From an uncultured Calditrichaceae bacterium (GTDB taxonomy: Bacteria; Calditrichota; Calditrichia; RBG-13-44-9): a stretch of 64,000 nt of DNA. Within the stretch, counting starts at the first letter, position 1. Each line of letters opens with the position of its first letter. A program made the position numbers and the translations under genes. Under the pieces are notes generated by a model. It worked only from the letters and a program-made list of their open reading frames with translations. It ran no database searches and was not told where the DNA came from. The DNA is taken from the NCBI GenBank assembly GCA_964387645.1, contig CAYLYM010000007.1:149-64148 (forward strand), written 5' to 3'. Below, one piece after another: positions 20,246-31,500 of the stretch.

Positions 20246-22525
20246 ATGGACAATAAATTAAATTTTTTCCTAGTGCTTTTTTTAAGCCTGATGTGTGCAG
20301 TGGGGCTTCTCGCCCGTGATAAAAGGCAGAGTAAAATGTTGAATAAACCTGCAGGTGACAACTCTCTTGCAGAAGATCGTGTACATAAAGTAGGGACGCT
20401 TTGGAATACTATTAGTAATTTTGGTCGATATGGCGACCCGGATGCAAGTTCGACCGATCGTCCCTCAATGGAATGGCCAGGTGCGTCTAGAGTATGTTAT
20501 CTTTGGGAAGGGCGTTTCTGGGTTGGTGGTACAGTAGGTGGAGAAATTAGAGTTTCCCATGCAGATTATGGAAATTATGAATTCTGGCCAGATCCTAATG
20601 AAGAATTTTTTATGGGACCTGGTAAATCCATTGAAGACCACCGTGTAGTTTTCGATGATCTTGATCCTAATTGGCATGATACTAAACCTTTGGGTATCAG
20701 GGTCATTGAAAGAGGATTAACGTGGTCAACTCCTGATTACGATGATTTTATCGCTTATGAATATACAGTGATAAATGCCAGCGCTGAACTAAGCGAAGGT
20801 CCCCATACTATTAAAAATTTCTTTGTGAGCTGGGTTTACGATTGTGACGTTGGTACTGTTGCAGATGTGACAGATCCTCATATTGATGACCTGGTAGATT
20901 TTGATGGATGGGATGGAGATGCCACAGATACGGACATTGAAGATATTGTGGAAAATATTGACATAAATGGCAATGGTGTTCTGGACGGGTACGACGAATG
21001 GGGCATTCCGTATGGTCGAAGATTACTGGGACGTAAGGAACCTCAACCAAATTATGATCCAAGCAAAATTCATCCTGATGGTTTCTGGGATGAGTGGAGT
21101 GTGATCCTGGATAAAAATGGTCCACCCTTACGTTGGCAGGCAGATGTACCTTCCGAAGGACGAATTGCTGGTGAAATTGCAGTTGTAAATGGTGACACCT
21201 TACGCGGCTACTGTGTGCCCAGAAATATGTCTTATATGTATGATGCGGATAACTCCGCAACTTCAAAATTCGATACTGGCGAACGGGATGAGTCTTTTGG
21301 ACCTGTAGATGGATTTATTGGTGGGGCTTTAATTTATACAGATCATGAGCCTTACTATACCTCTACCGATGATACATTGCGTCGTGTTTATACACATCAA
21401 TGGTGGAACTGGGAAAGTGATCCTGGCTCTGATCTGGAAAAATATCAATATATGAGTGCTACCCACCCCTTTAGTTTATTTAAATTTTTGCCCAATCCTT
21501 TAGATCTGGGGGCTCCGGAATTTGATTATCGATGGATGACTACTACTGGTCCCTTTGGAGAATTTAAACCTGGTGAAGAACTACATTTTGTTTATGTTGC
21601 TGCGGTTGGTAAGGGATTAATGGGGTTACGGCAAAATGTTGATAATGCTTTGAAAGCCTATTATGCAGGTTCTCAGCATAGTAATCCTTACCATCCATCT
21701 GCACCTGAGGAGGACCTTCATTGGGTATTGCCTATTCCTCCTCCACAACCTACTTTAACATATAGTCCGGGATATAACAGTGTAGAATTAAACTGGGATA
21801 ATATTGCTGAAACGGCTGTTGATGAAATGATCGGTGAAGTGGATTTTCGCGGGTATAAAATCTACCGCGCCATGTATTCGCCTTCTAATTGGCAAATGAT
21901 TGCTGCATTTGATAATGTGGATGAAGAAGTACCGGTAGTAACAACTGAGGGTGATACATTAGGATGGACTAATTTACCAGATATTACCCATCATTTTGTG
22001 GATCAAGGTGGAGTTTTTATGGGGCATGAATATGAACGACCATTAAATGGATTACCTTACTATTATGTTGTGGTAGCCTATGATCCAGATAAACCTGCAG
22101 TAGGTGGACGACCTGCCTTGAAGTCTATTGAATCTCCAAGAACAAATTTCATGACTGATCCAGAAACTGGAGCACCTGTTCCTGTTATTCCAAAGGGATT
22201 GTATGAAATTGAAAATAACAGAATTGTTCCAGAGCAGGATTTATCTAAAGTAACCGTATTTCCAAATCCATATAAAGGAACATCAATCTTGGAAGAACGT
22301 TATCAGGAAAAAATTGTCTTCCAGAATTTACCGCCTGCTTGTAAGATTTCTATCTTCACAATAACTGGTGATCATATCATTTCTATTGATCATACAGATG
22401 GAACAATGCAAGAAGAATGGAATCTGGTGAGCCGAAACAGGCAGTCTGTAAAAACCGGTCTGTATATATATGTAGTTGAAACTGAAGATGCGAAAAAAGT
22501 AGGAAAATTTGTTATTTTAAGATAA
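20246..22525 (+). CDS. Hypothetical secreted protein (759 aa) encoded immediately downstream of the TonB-dependent receptor
   Basis: Signal peptide MDNKLNFFLVLFLSLMCAVGLLA. Contains an EF-hand-like loop DINGNGVLDGYDE. No recognisable catalytic motif. Confidence 0.5.
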   Translation: MDNKLNFFLVLFLSLMCAVGLLARDKRQSKMLNKPAGDNSLAEDRVHKVGTLWNTISNFGRYGDPDASSTDRPSMEWPGASRVCYLWEGRFWVGGTVGGEIRVSHADYGNYEFWPDPNEEFFMGPGKSIEDHRVVFDDLDPNWHDTKPLGIRVIERGLTWSTPDYDDFIAYEYTVINASAELSEGPHTIKNFFVSWVYDCDVGTVADVTDPHIDDLVDFDGWDGDATDTDIEDIVENIDINGNGVLDGYDEWGIPYGRRLLGRKEPQPNYDPSKIHPDGFWDEWSVILDKNGPPLRWQADVPSEGRIAGEIAVVNGDTLRGYCVPRNMSYMYDADNSATSKFDTGERDESFGPVDGFIGGALIYTDHEPYYTSTDDTLRRVYTHQWWNWESDPGSDLEKYQYMSATHPFSLFKFLPNPLDLGAPEFDYRWMTTTGPFGEFKPGEELHFVYVAAVGKGLMGLRQNVDNALKAYYAGSQHSNPYHPSAPEEDLHWVLPIPPPQPTLTYSPGYNSVELNWDNIAETAVDEMIGEVDFRGYKIYRAMYSPSNWQMIAAFDNVDEEVPVVTTEGDTLGWTNLPDITHHFVDQGGVFMGHEYERPLNGLPYYYVVVAYDPDKPAVGGRPALKSIESPRTNFMTDPETGAPVPVIPKGLYEIENNRIVPEQDLSKVTVFPNPYKGTSILEERYQEKIVFQNLPPACKISIFTITGDHIISIDHTDGTMQEEWNLVSRNRQSVKTGLYIYVVETEDAKKVGKFVILR

Positions 22526-22570
22526 AGGCTTATGACTCCAACAGGACAACAGGTTTAGAGGAGGATAAAA

Positions 22571-23584
22571 ATGCGAAGATATTTTATATTTATATTAATG
22601 ATCATATTGATGACCTCCCTTAATTCATGGGCACAGGGTATTGCCAAAGTAGGTACGGCAGGTTATCAATTTTTAAAAATTGTATCCGGTGCGCGAGGCT
22701 TAGCGCTGGGAGATGCAGGTGATCCAATTGTGTTTGATGCTTCTTCCATGTTCTGGAATCCTGCCACGCTTAATTTTACAAAAAATTCCAGTTTATTTTT
22801 AGCTCATGGCAACTACCTGGCAGATATGAATTATGAAGCCTTTGGTTTTTCGAAGGTATTAAAGGGTATTGGTGTGGTTGGCGTGAATATGGTTTACCTA
22901 GATTCAGGTCCAATTGAGGAAACTACTGTAGAGATGCAAAATGGCACTGGAAATACCTTCTCTGCAGTAAGTTATGCCGTGGGCGTTTCATTCGCCCGCT
23001 TGTTAACCGAACGTTTTGGTATTGGTGGAAGTGTAAAATACGTAAATGAAAATCTAACTAAAGATCTGGGCGAAGATAATTCTACTGGAGCATGGGCCGT
23101 GGATCTGGGTACTATTTATTATCCGGGGTTCGAAAGATTCGAAAGTTTACGTCTGACTATGTCAGTAAGAAATTTTGGACCAGAGGTTCGTTTAAAAGGC
23201 CAATATTACGATTTTGATGGAATAAAAGGTGAATTTCTTACAGAACCTACTGATTATAAAGAATTTCCGTTGCCATTAATGTTTCGTTTTGGTCTAGGAT
23301 ATGACCCCATTGATAATGCGACACATAAATTATCTATTGCTATTATTGGTGAACATCCCAATGACAATCTGGAACGGGTGAATTTAGGAGCAGAATATAC
23401 CTTTCTGAAAATAATTTCCCTAAGAGGTGGGTATGTTCTTAATCATGATGTTCGAACTTTTAGTGCGGGGTTAGGATTAAATTTATCCGTATTTGGCCAA
23501 ACCAATTTAAAAATAGATTACGGATATGCACATTATGGTGTACTTGAAGATTTACAAATGTTCTCATTGATATTCGATTGGTAA
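22571..23584 (+). CDS. Outer-membrane beta-barrel protein, PorV/PorQ (FadL-like)-type
   Basis: Signal peptide. N-terminal GTAGYQFLKI..GARGLALGDAG......S.FWNPA signature resembles the PorV/UPF0164 family. Ends in an aromatic residue (FDW). Confidence 0.45.
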   Translation: MRRYFIFILMIILMTSLNSWAQGIAKVGTAGYQFLKIVSGARGLALGDAGDPIVFDASSMFWNPATLNFTKNSSLFLAHGNYLADMNYEAFGFSKVLKGIGVVGVNMVYLDSGPIEETTVEMQNGTGNTFSAVSYAVGVSFARLLTERFGIGGSVKYVNENLTKDLGEDNSTGAWAVDLGTIYYPGFERFESLRLTMSVRNFGPEVRLKGQYYDFDGIKGEFLTEPTDYKEFPLPLMFRFGLGYDPIDNATHKLSIAIIGEHPNDNLERVNLGAEYTFLKIISLRGGYVLNHDVRTFSAGLGLNLSVFGQTNLKIDYGYAHYGVLEDLQMFSLIFDW

Positions 23585-23630
23585 TTGTATTTGTGTAAAT
23601 TCAAAGATTTCCTTTAATGAGGAGGACATT

Positions 23631-26600
23631 ATGAGTAAAATAATTCGATTGAATTCTATTAATTTAGGTCTCGTACTGGTTCTATTTTTGAGTTTAGGAT
23701 TTATAACCGCAGATATGGCTGCAAGTCTTGAAGAACCAGAAGTGGGGCAAACCTTAATTTTTAATAAATTTAATGAAGGATTTTTTGTTGGATATTCTAA
23801 GGTAAGTGCGACCTGTCAGGCAATTGGAGAAAACATTGTTGTTTATACCGAAGATGCTAATGTGAAGGATATTTTTGGTGAAGAGGTGAATGGACAATTC
23901 ATGATGTACGCAGCGACAACGACCGGACTATATGTTAGTGCAGATAGTGGTAAAACCTGGACATTTCTGAGTTATGTGTTCGATCTTGCTGATGAAAATG
24001 AAGAAGCAGAAGCCTTTGGTGAACAATTTGTGGCTGTTACTCCTGGAGATAAGGTTATTCTTACTGGTTCTACAAAAGCACTATATTGGTCGAGAGATGG
24101 GGGCAAATCGTTCCGCAAGATAACTCGTGGTTTACCTAAAAATGTTCCTTATTATAAGGTACTTTTTGATATTTCTCAGGGAACAGCAGAACGAAAGATT
24201 CGCAAATTTATCGCAACAGGTGGGGGACTTTATTACATACAGGATGTTGTCGCCCGGAGTTGGAAAAATTTGAACGATGGCATGCCATTTGTTCCTCCCA
24301 ATCCTGCGCCTGCCTATGATATTGAGATAATTGAGGATTCTGTCCTTTATGTCGCCTCAGAATTTGGTCCTTTTAAAGGATGGATTAATGAAAAAGGGGA
24401 TGAATTCTCGTGGGAACCTCTTATTAAAAAATCTGTTTCTTTTACACCTCAAACAATAGATAATAGCGATTCATTAACATTTTTATTACAAAAGGATTAC
24501 GATGGATATTCCCTTTCTACCGCTTCTCATATTTATGTATTAGACTCTGAAACTGGAGCTCACTGGGCAGTTAACCCAGTAGAAGATTCTCTAGGCAATC
24601 TTATTGGGATGTTAAATGAGGATAATCTATATTTCACAGGGACTTTTTCTGGAGACTATAGCACCATAAATCCCGAAAACCTGGAAATGATGATAACCAG
24701 TTGTGAGAAGGTGGAAGAGATTGAATTTACTGACGATGGTACAATTTTCGCAGCCTCTGCCTCAAAAGTATATCGTATTACTCCTGACGGAAATGTAATG
24801 GAATATACTTTGGGAGAAGATGTCGCCGATCTTACAATCAAGGCACTTTTAGTGGATGGTGATGTTCTTTTAGTAGGAACAAATAAAGGATTATATAAAT
24901 CCGAGCTAAATTCAATCAATTTTATAAAAGTTAGTCCGTTACTTTCAGATGGATATGGCATTGATAATCAAGATCTGGACATTAATATCATAAAAAAGAG
25001 TATATCTGATTCATATTTATTAGGGTGCTCAATTGGGGGACTGGTTGAAAGTTCAGATCTGAACGAATGGGTCACCCATAATTTGGGTTTAACTTATCGT
25101 AAAGTTTCACCCAATGCCATTACTCGAATTATAAATGCATTTGATAATAGCTCTGCATATGATCCAAATATTGGTATTTATCAGAGGACTATTGATTATT
25201 TTGGTGAACTATCAAATGTTGATAATTATGATAAAGTTTTTCTATTAATTACAGATTTAGTAGATGAATTTTTCTTACAAGCAGGGAATGGAACAGATTA
25301 TAAAGATGGTCGTGTTGATCCTGTTGATTTATTAAGTAAAGAAGAAAACTCTAATAGTAATCAACGGGAAATTATTTATTTAGATGATTACCCAACCGAT
25401 CTTGAGGAATCCTTAGAAGCAGAATCAGCAATTTCTCACTATTTGGCAGAATTGATTCAATTAAATTATGATAAAGATGAAGAACGCTGGTTAACTGAAG
25501 GAATTTCCATGTGGTCACGTTGGATTAATGGCTACAAATTTTATTCTCATGATGGGCAGAGTGCCTATCTGGATTTAACCAGTACTCTAAAACCAAAAGG
25601 ACGAACAAATAATTTATTTAACTGGGGTGACGCTGGATTTGATAAGAAAGAACGCGAATTTTCTTTTGTATTTTTCACTTATTTATTTGAGCATCATTTG
25701 TTTGATTCTACAGGTGTAAAGGCTCTAATTGCTGATACAACCAATGGGATGGAAAGTGTTGAAAATCATTTAAAATCAGGAACATTTAGACAATTTTTTA
25801 CAGATTTTGCAAAAGCTTTATATTTTGACGCATTGGGAGCGGAATATGAAAATGGTAAATATTACTTTGCTTCAATAGATGTGGAACCTGAAAAATTACC
25901 TATTGATTTTGGATTCTTAACAAATCCACCTTATGTATTTAATTTTTCCGGATGGAGTTACTATTATTTTCAAGTAAAAGTTTGGGATACTAATAAAAAT
26001 TCACTGGTTGCACCATTAATTGATTCTGTGGTGGTTTTTAATGGAGATGATGTAACAAAATACGAAGTTTATTTGATACAACAAGAAAATCCTGATTTAA
26101 ATGAAAATTTTGTAATTTCTCCAATTAATTTGGATAAATACAACCGGGGAATAGGTCAATTGCAGGTAAAAACAAGTGAGGATGATTCCGATTCTTATAC
26201 AACGTTTCTTCTTTTGATTATAAGCAATGAACCATTAGCTCAAGATGGTGGAGCTTTAACACTGGAGGTGGATACGGAAGTACCAGAACGAACTGCTTTT
26301 TATCCACTTCAGAATGTTGTAAAGGAAACCTATTTTGATTTCTATGCGTTTTCCAGCGAAAGAGCATTTATTGATGGTGGACAGGCCAAATTACTGGGTA
26401 TTGGTAGTGAAGAAGAACCAGAAATTGAAGGGCCCGAAGTTCTGGCTATTGGTGCAACAGATACTTTGCAATTTACTTTATCACCCTTTTTAAGAAATGA
26501 AAAAGATATTTTTATTTATCATGGATTTTTCGATATTGCTTCACTTCTCACAGGAAATGGAGGAACTGTTACTCTGATCCAGCGAGGGGAAGATTTTGCG

Positions 26601-27329
26601 GGTAATAAATATCAGATTTCTCGAAATTTACAATATTCCAAAGCAATAGCCCATAAAAAATTTATCTTAAATAGTGAAGATAAATCATTTGGTTTAGTTG
26701 CGGAAAATGGAGTAAAAGAGAATACCATTGTTACTCTATATAAAATGGACCGGAATGATGTGAAAATTATAGAGCCAAATGTTCAAGACGTAGTTATGAG
26801 TGATGTTTACATCCTTGGTCCGGTACAGAAAAAAATTGAGAATGCCCGTATTTCCATTTCTTATGCTGATCAAAATATAAACGAAAATGATATCTCGAAA
26901 TTAGCTATTTACACCAAAACAGAGAATGGTTGGGTACAAGTTAAGAGTTACATCGATCGTAAAAGCAAAAAAGTATTTGCGAATGTGGATCAATTAGGAC
27001 AATTCAGATTGCAAAAAGGTAATATAGAAAGTAATTCAGAAGTTCTTCCTCTTTCTTTTAAACTAATGCAGAATTATCCAAATCCGTTTAATCCTACTAC
27101 AACAATTGTTTATCAACTTCCAGAAGATTCGTATGTAACTTTAACTATTTATAATATCTTGGGACAAAAGCTAAAAACAGTAGTAAATGAATTTAAAAAA
27201 GCTGGTACATATTCTTACAAGATCAATCTTGAGAAAGAAATTGGTCGGCAACTTAGTTCGGGTGTGTATTTTTACACCATTCAGGCGGGGCAGTTCACCG
27301 ATACGAAAAAAATGATCTTAATGAAATAA
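23631..27329 (+). CDS. Large secreted protein with N-terminal BNR/Asp-box repeats and T9SS C-terminal sorting domain
   Basis: Asp-box motifs SADSGKTW and SRDGGKSF. C-terminal ~85 aa match LMQNYPNPFNPTTTI...GVYFYTIQAG...KKMILMK (T9SS type-A CTD). Confidence 0.7.
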   Translation: MSKIIRLNSINLGLVLVLFLSLGFITADMAASLEEPEVGQTLIFNKFNEGFFVGYSKVSATCQAIGENIVVYTEDANVKDIFGEEVNGQFMMYAATTTGLYVSADSGKTWTFLSYVFDLADENEEAEAFGEQFVAVTPGDKVILTGSTKALYWSRDGGKSFRKITRGLPKNVPYYKVLFDISQGTAERKIRKFIATGGGLYYIQDVVARSWKNLNDGMPFVPPNPAPAYDIEIIEDSVLYVASEFGPFKGWINEKGDEFSWEPLIKKSVSFTPQTIDNSDSLTFLLQKDYDGYSLSTASHIYVLDSETGAHWAVNPVEDSLGNLIGMLNEDNLYFTGTFSGDYSTINPENLEMMITSCEKVEEIEFTDDGTIFAASASKVYRITPDGNVMEYTLGEDVADLTIKALLVDGDVLLVGTNKGLYKSELNSINFIKVSPLLSDGYGIDNQDLDINIIKKSISDSYLLGCSIGGLVESSDLNEWVTHNLGLTYRKVSPNAITRIINAFDNSSAYDPNIGIYQRTIDYFGELSNVDNYDKVFLLITDLVDEFFLQAGNGTDYKDGRVDPVDLLSKEENSNSNQREIIYLDDYPTDLEESLEAESAISHYLAELIQLNYDKDEERWLTEGISMWSRWINGYKFYSHDGQSAYLDLTSTLKPKGRTNNLFNWGDAGFDKKEREFSFVFFTYLFEHHLFDSTGVKALIADTTNGMESVENHLKSGTFRQFFTDFAKALYFDALGAEYENGKYYFASIDVEPEKLPIDFGFLTNPPYVFNFSGWSYYYFQVKVWDTNKNSLVAPLIDSVVVFNGDDVTKYEVYLIQQENPDLNENFVISPINLDKYNRGIGQLQVKTSEDDSDSYTTFLLLIISNEPLAQDGGALTLEVDTEVPERTAFYPLQNVVKETYFDFYAFSSERAFIDGGQAKLLGIGSEEEPEIEGPEVLAIGATDTLQFTLSPFLRNEKDIFIYHGFFDIASLLTGNGGTVTLIQRGEDFAGNKYQISRNLQYSKAIAHKKFILNSEDKSFGLVAENGVKENTIVTLYKMDRNDVKIIEPNVQDVVMSDVYILGPVQKKIENARISISYADQNINENDISKLAIYTKTENGWVQVKSYIDRKSKKVFANVDQLGQFRLQKGNIESNSEVLPLSFKLMQNYPNPFNPTTTIVYQLPEDSYVTLTIYNILGQKLKTVVNEFKKAGTYSYKINLEKEIGRQLSSGVYFYTIQAGQFTDTKKMILMK

Positions 27330-27364
27330 TTTATGAAAATTATATTTAGGAGGAATATAGAGCG

Positions 27365-28483
27365 ATGAAATACATCATCAAGAGTCTCCTGATTGTAAGT
27401 ATTCTTTTCTTAATTATGGGATGCGAAACATCCAGTGAAAACATTCCAACACAATTTGAAAATGTTAAAAGTTTTCTTGAAGAAGGTTGGGACTATTATG
27501 TAAAAGCGGATTATGATTCAGCACTTATGGCCTTTAATCGGGCCATTGAGAGACAATCAGGTAATTTAGAAGCTCATAATGGAGCTGCCTGGTGCCTATA
27601 TCATCAAAATGAACTTGATAAAGCTGCTGCGAAATTTCAATTTGTTGTTTCTCTAGCAGAAATTAACAATGTCACCGAAATGTTAGCATCTGGTTATGCT
27701 GGATTAACACTAACAGGCATAAAGCAAATGATAAATGCTGTTGAAAATGGAAAACCTGCTGGCGAAGTGGATGAAATTAAGTTGAATAAAATAATACAAA
27801 ATGGAAATAAATTATACGAGATAGATCCAAATTACCAGCATCCATACGAACCTGATGTGATAAATGTTGAAAATATATTAATTGCTGTTGCAGAAAGTTA
27901 TTATAATATTCAGTATTTTTATGAAGCGGCAAAGAAAATAGATGCGATATCCAGTGAATTTTTACAGAATTTATTGCAAACAGTTCCACACAATGATGTA
28001 GTGGATACATTTATGACCGCGCCAATTAACGACGATGGGGAAGTATTTATTGATTGGTCAGAAGATGGTGTTATAACAATAGATAATGTGAAAGCTGTAG
28101 ATGGAGGAAACAATCCGGCCTTTGTTGCACTTATTTCTGGTAGTCAAGTTAAATTTAATGATGATGTGGATTTGTATGAAGAAACTCTCCAGGCGGTAGA
28201 TACAGTAGTAAATGGAGATACAGTATTTGTAGTAAAGCCTTCTCAACAAACGATTTATAAAGTCAATAAAGCATTAGATGAAAATCTTTTTTCACGAAAA
28301 ACTGAAATTATAAAAATTGATGGAAATTTCTTTGTTGTTATAAAAGAGTTGGAGAATTCACAGTCTGTAACATTGGAATATCGTTATAAAAGAAAATTTG
28401 AGATTCAATTTAAGAAAACATCTGATTTTTATCTTTATCTGGATAAAATTGCAGCAAAATTGTTTGATTTAAAGTCAAGTTAA
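27365..28483 (+). CDS. Hypothetical lipoprotein with TPR-like helical region
   Basis: Signal plus Cys (LFLIMGCETSS). TPR-like helices. Lies between two T9SS cargo genes. Confidence 0.5.
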   Translation: MKYIIKSLLIVSILFLIMGCETSSENIPTQFENVKSFLEEGWDYYVKADYDSALMAFNRAIERQSGNLEAHNGAAWCLYHQNELDKAAAKFQFVVSLAEINNVTEMLASGYAGLTLTGIKQMINAVENGKPAGEVDEIKLNKIIQNGNKLYEIDPNYQHPYEPDVINVENILIAVAESYYNIQYFYEAAKKIDAISSEFLQNLLQTVPHNDVVDTFMTAPINDDGEVFIDWSEDGVITIDNVKAVDGGNNPAFVALISGSQVKFNDDVDLYEETLQAVDTVVNGDTVFVVKPSQQTIYKVNKALDENLFSRKTEIIKIDGNFFVVIKELENSQSVTLEYRYKRKFEIQFKKTSDFYLYLDKIAAKLFDLKSS

Positions 28484-28579
28484 ATAAAAAAAAGGAGGTG
28501 ATGAACAAAGAAGTTGGCAATTTAATTCATTTTGCACTTATCGAAATGGTTTTATAACCAAAAGTAAAGGAGAAGGCTT

Positions 28580-31500
28580 ATGTACAAAAAAGTGCTAGTA
28601 TTACTATTAGGAGTTTTGTTTTTGTTTTCTCTTGTTAATGCTGATAATTCAGCATTAAAGAATCACAAAGTTGATAAGGTTACAAAAAAGGTGGGGCTGG
28701 TTGGACCAGATGGTGTGAATTATAATGTTAAATATTTGAAAAATGTGAAATCTCCGCTGGAAAACATAGGTATAAAGCCTACTGGGAAGTTCAATGATGC
28801 CCAACCCTTGAAGAAAAAATTATTACCCAAAGTCGGAAATACAGAATCTTTTGAGGATGTGATTCAATATGCCGACAGGCCCTATGACGCAGGTTTTATT
28901 TTTGGTCCCAATGATAGTGTGGCAGTGTGGTTCCGTCCTGCTACCCAATGCTCACTTCTGGCTGTTGTTGTTGACTTTAATGATGATGCAGTTGGCTATA
29001 CTTATAATATAGAAATCCATCGTGTCGCAGACCATGTGGATGGTGTGTATGATTTTTCCAAGGGTACGGAAAGTGGCGCCAGTATGGATGGATTTGATCA
29101 GAATTGGACTGGCCCTATGCTAGGAAGTTTTGAATATACAGTAAGTGCTGCAGATATAGTCGAATTTCCCATTAATGCGTTTGGATTAACCGATGAACAA
29201 CAGAATATAGGATTGCATGATTTTGCCGTAATGTGGGCATTCCCGCCTGAAACAGGTGCAGATGAGGCTCAGCTCTATGGTGATACGCCTACACCTTTAA
29301 ATCATCACGGATTTAAATACTATTCTGAAGGGCATGCCTCATTAGGTGGGCAACCTGGTTGGGTAGCTCGTTATAATTTCTCTATATGGGCAAAAGTACT
29401 TTATTACGGAGACCCACCTCCTACAATCGAAAATGCTAACGACTTGGCCGATCAGTATAATTCTGTTGATCCCGGTCCCTATACTGTAGAAGCAGATGTA
29501 AAGGATCTGGGTACAGATGTATTTACTGGTTATGTAAGAAAAGTAGCTCTTATTCTGGATAATGATGATGATTTAGCTAATGGTGTTACCGATACGATTT
29601 GGGTATATAATGAGCCCAGTGGTACTGATGATTCTGTCCATGTGTCTTATGATATTCCCAATCCTGGCGTGGGCAATTCAGTGTATTACTGGTGGTATGC
29701 AGAAGATAATGGCGCCGAAAATACATCTGATCCGGAAGCCGTAACGCATGTCACCGTTTCTAAAAAAATGCATTTTACTGTTCGGGAGAAGAATCCTGAT
29801 GCAACTATTTTACTAGTAGATGATTCAAATGGTCAGGGTTTATCAGAACAGTATACTTCAGCTTTGGATGCTTATGGTTATGTTTATGACGTGTGGGATA
29901 CACAAGATGGTGATACCACTTCTCTAGAAATTTTAAGTCTATATAATACTCTGATCTGGTATACAGGTACAGCCAATGGTGGTAAATTCAACGATCTGGT
30001 AGAAAGCCAGATTATACCATTCCTGGATAATGGAGGAAATCTGTTCTTCTCCTCTTCAGACTTTGTTGGTGTCCGTGAAGAATTTGAAAATGAATGGACA
30101 GAATGGACAGTTCCAACAGATCCGTTTATTACGAACTATCTCAAAGTATCTGAAATATTGGATGATGCTAACGCTACAAGAACAGAAAGTGGATATTCAT
30201 CTGATACGCTTTATACTGGTTTAGAGGGTACAATTACTGAACCTGCCATTGTTGATACTTTTGAAGCGGATATGTTAGACTTTGGTTATACCGACTGGTC
30301 TGGCGAAGTGATTCCGGCAGATGATGCCGAAACAATTATGCAGGTCTTCAGTGAAGAGCTGGGTGATTGGGATCAGACTGCTGGACTGGCCTATACAGGA
30401 ACTTATAAATTAGTTTATCTGCCCTGGTGCTTCGAAAGTATTATTGATGGTGCAGTACGTACCAAATTATTGAGCATTTTCTTAGGTGATTTCTTTGGGG
30501 AAAATGCGGCGCCATTATTCAGCAATTTGGATGGACCACGATATGGTGTTTCTGGTAATGGACCATTTGATGTGAGTGTGGAAGTGGAAGATATGGATGG
30601 TGCTGTGGCCACCGTTGAACTGGGATATTCTGTAAACCAGACTGATTATGTGTGGGTCGGAATGACTGAGCAAGATGGAAAATATGTGGGACAAATCCCT
30701 GCACTCCAGAGTGGAGATACACTTGTAACTTATACTGTTCGGGCAACAGATGATCAGGGTAAAACACAATATCATACAGAAACTCGCTATATTATTCCGA
30801 CTGATTTCGTCCCGGAAAATACCAATTTACTGTTGGTATTTGATGAACCATACGATTGGTATGTTGGTGTTAATGTAGACTCGTCCGTTATTGATATTCT
30901 GGATGAAATGGGTGTAGCTTATGATATCTGGGATGCAGATGCCCGCGGATTGATGGATGCAAAGACAGTATTGAGTAATTACCATACAGTTATCTGGGTT
31001 GGCTATGCAGACTGGGAAGGCGATCACTTACCCATGAAATCTGCTGATAATCCCATTGCAGAATATCTGGATATGGGTGGTCATTTCTTCTTGAGTTCTG
31101 AGGAAATTATGGGTGCCTGGACAAATTGGGAAAATGCTGAATTTACTTCTGGAGATTTTGCTTATGATTATTTAGGTGTTGAATGGGTTGGTCATGATTT
31201 CGGTTACGATACATTGAAAACCGATATGGATCCTGCGGCAGCATCTCTTGTTGCTGGGTTAGATTCTATTGTTCAGTTGAGTGTGCCTGAAGGTAGTGGA
31301 ATTGGCAATTATGCCGATGTTATTGATCCTGTTGGTTTATCAGAAGATAATGTGACTGCTGCTGTACCTTTCTGGGGTTGGTTGCCTGATTATGAATTTT
31401 TCTATTATGCTAGTGTGGCTTATGAAAATGTTATCTTCACACCATTCACAATCGCAGGGCTGGATTCTACTGTCCGTGCAACCTTCCTGGCGAATGTACT

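Noticed and set aside
20811-21266. 151-aa His-rich ORF on the minus strand
   Set aside because: It lies entirely antisense within the well-supported 759-aa gene. Its composition is the mirror of that gene's Asp/Trp-rich codons. Shadow ORF.
28501-28557. 18-codon upstream ORF (MNKEVGNLIHFALIEMVL) preceded by AAAGGAGGTG in the 96-nt gap before the 1086-aa cargo gene
   Set aside because: The SD-to-ATG spacing is only ~2 nt, the peptide has no recognisable features, and it is too short to support without conservation data.
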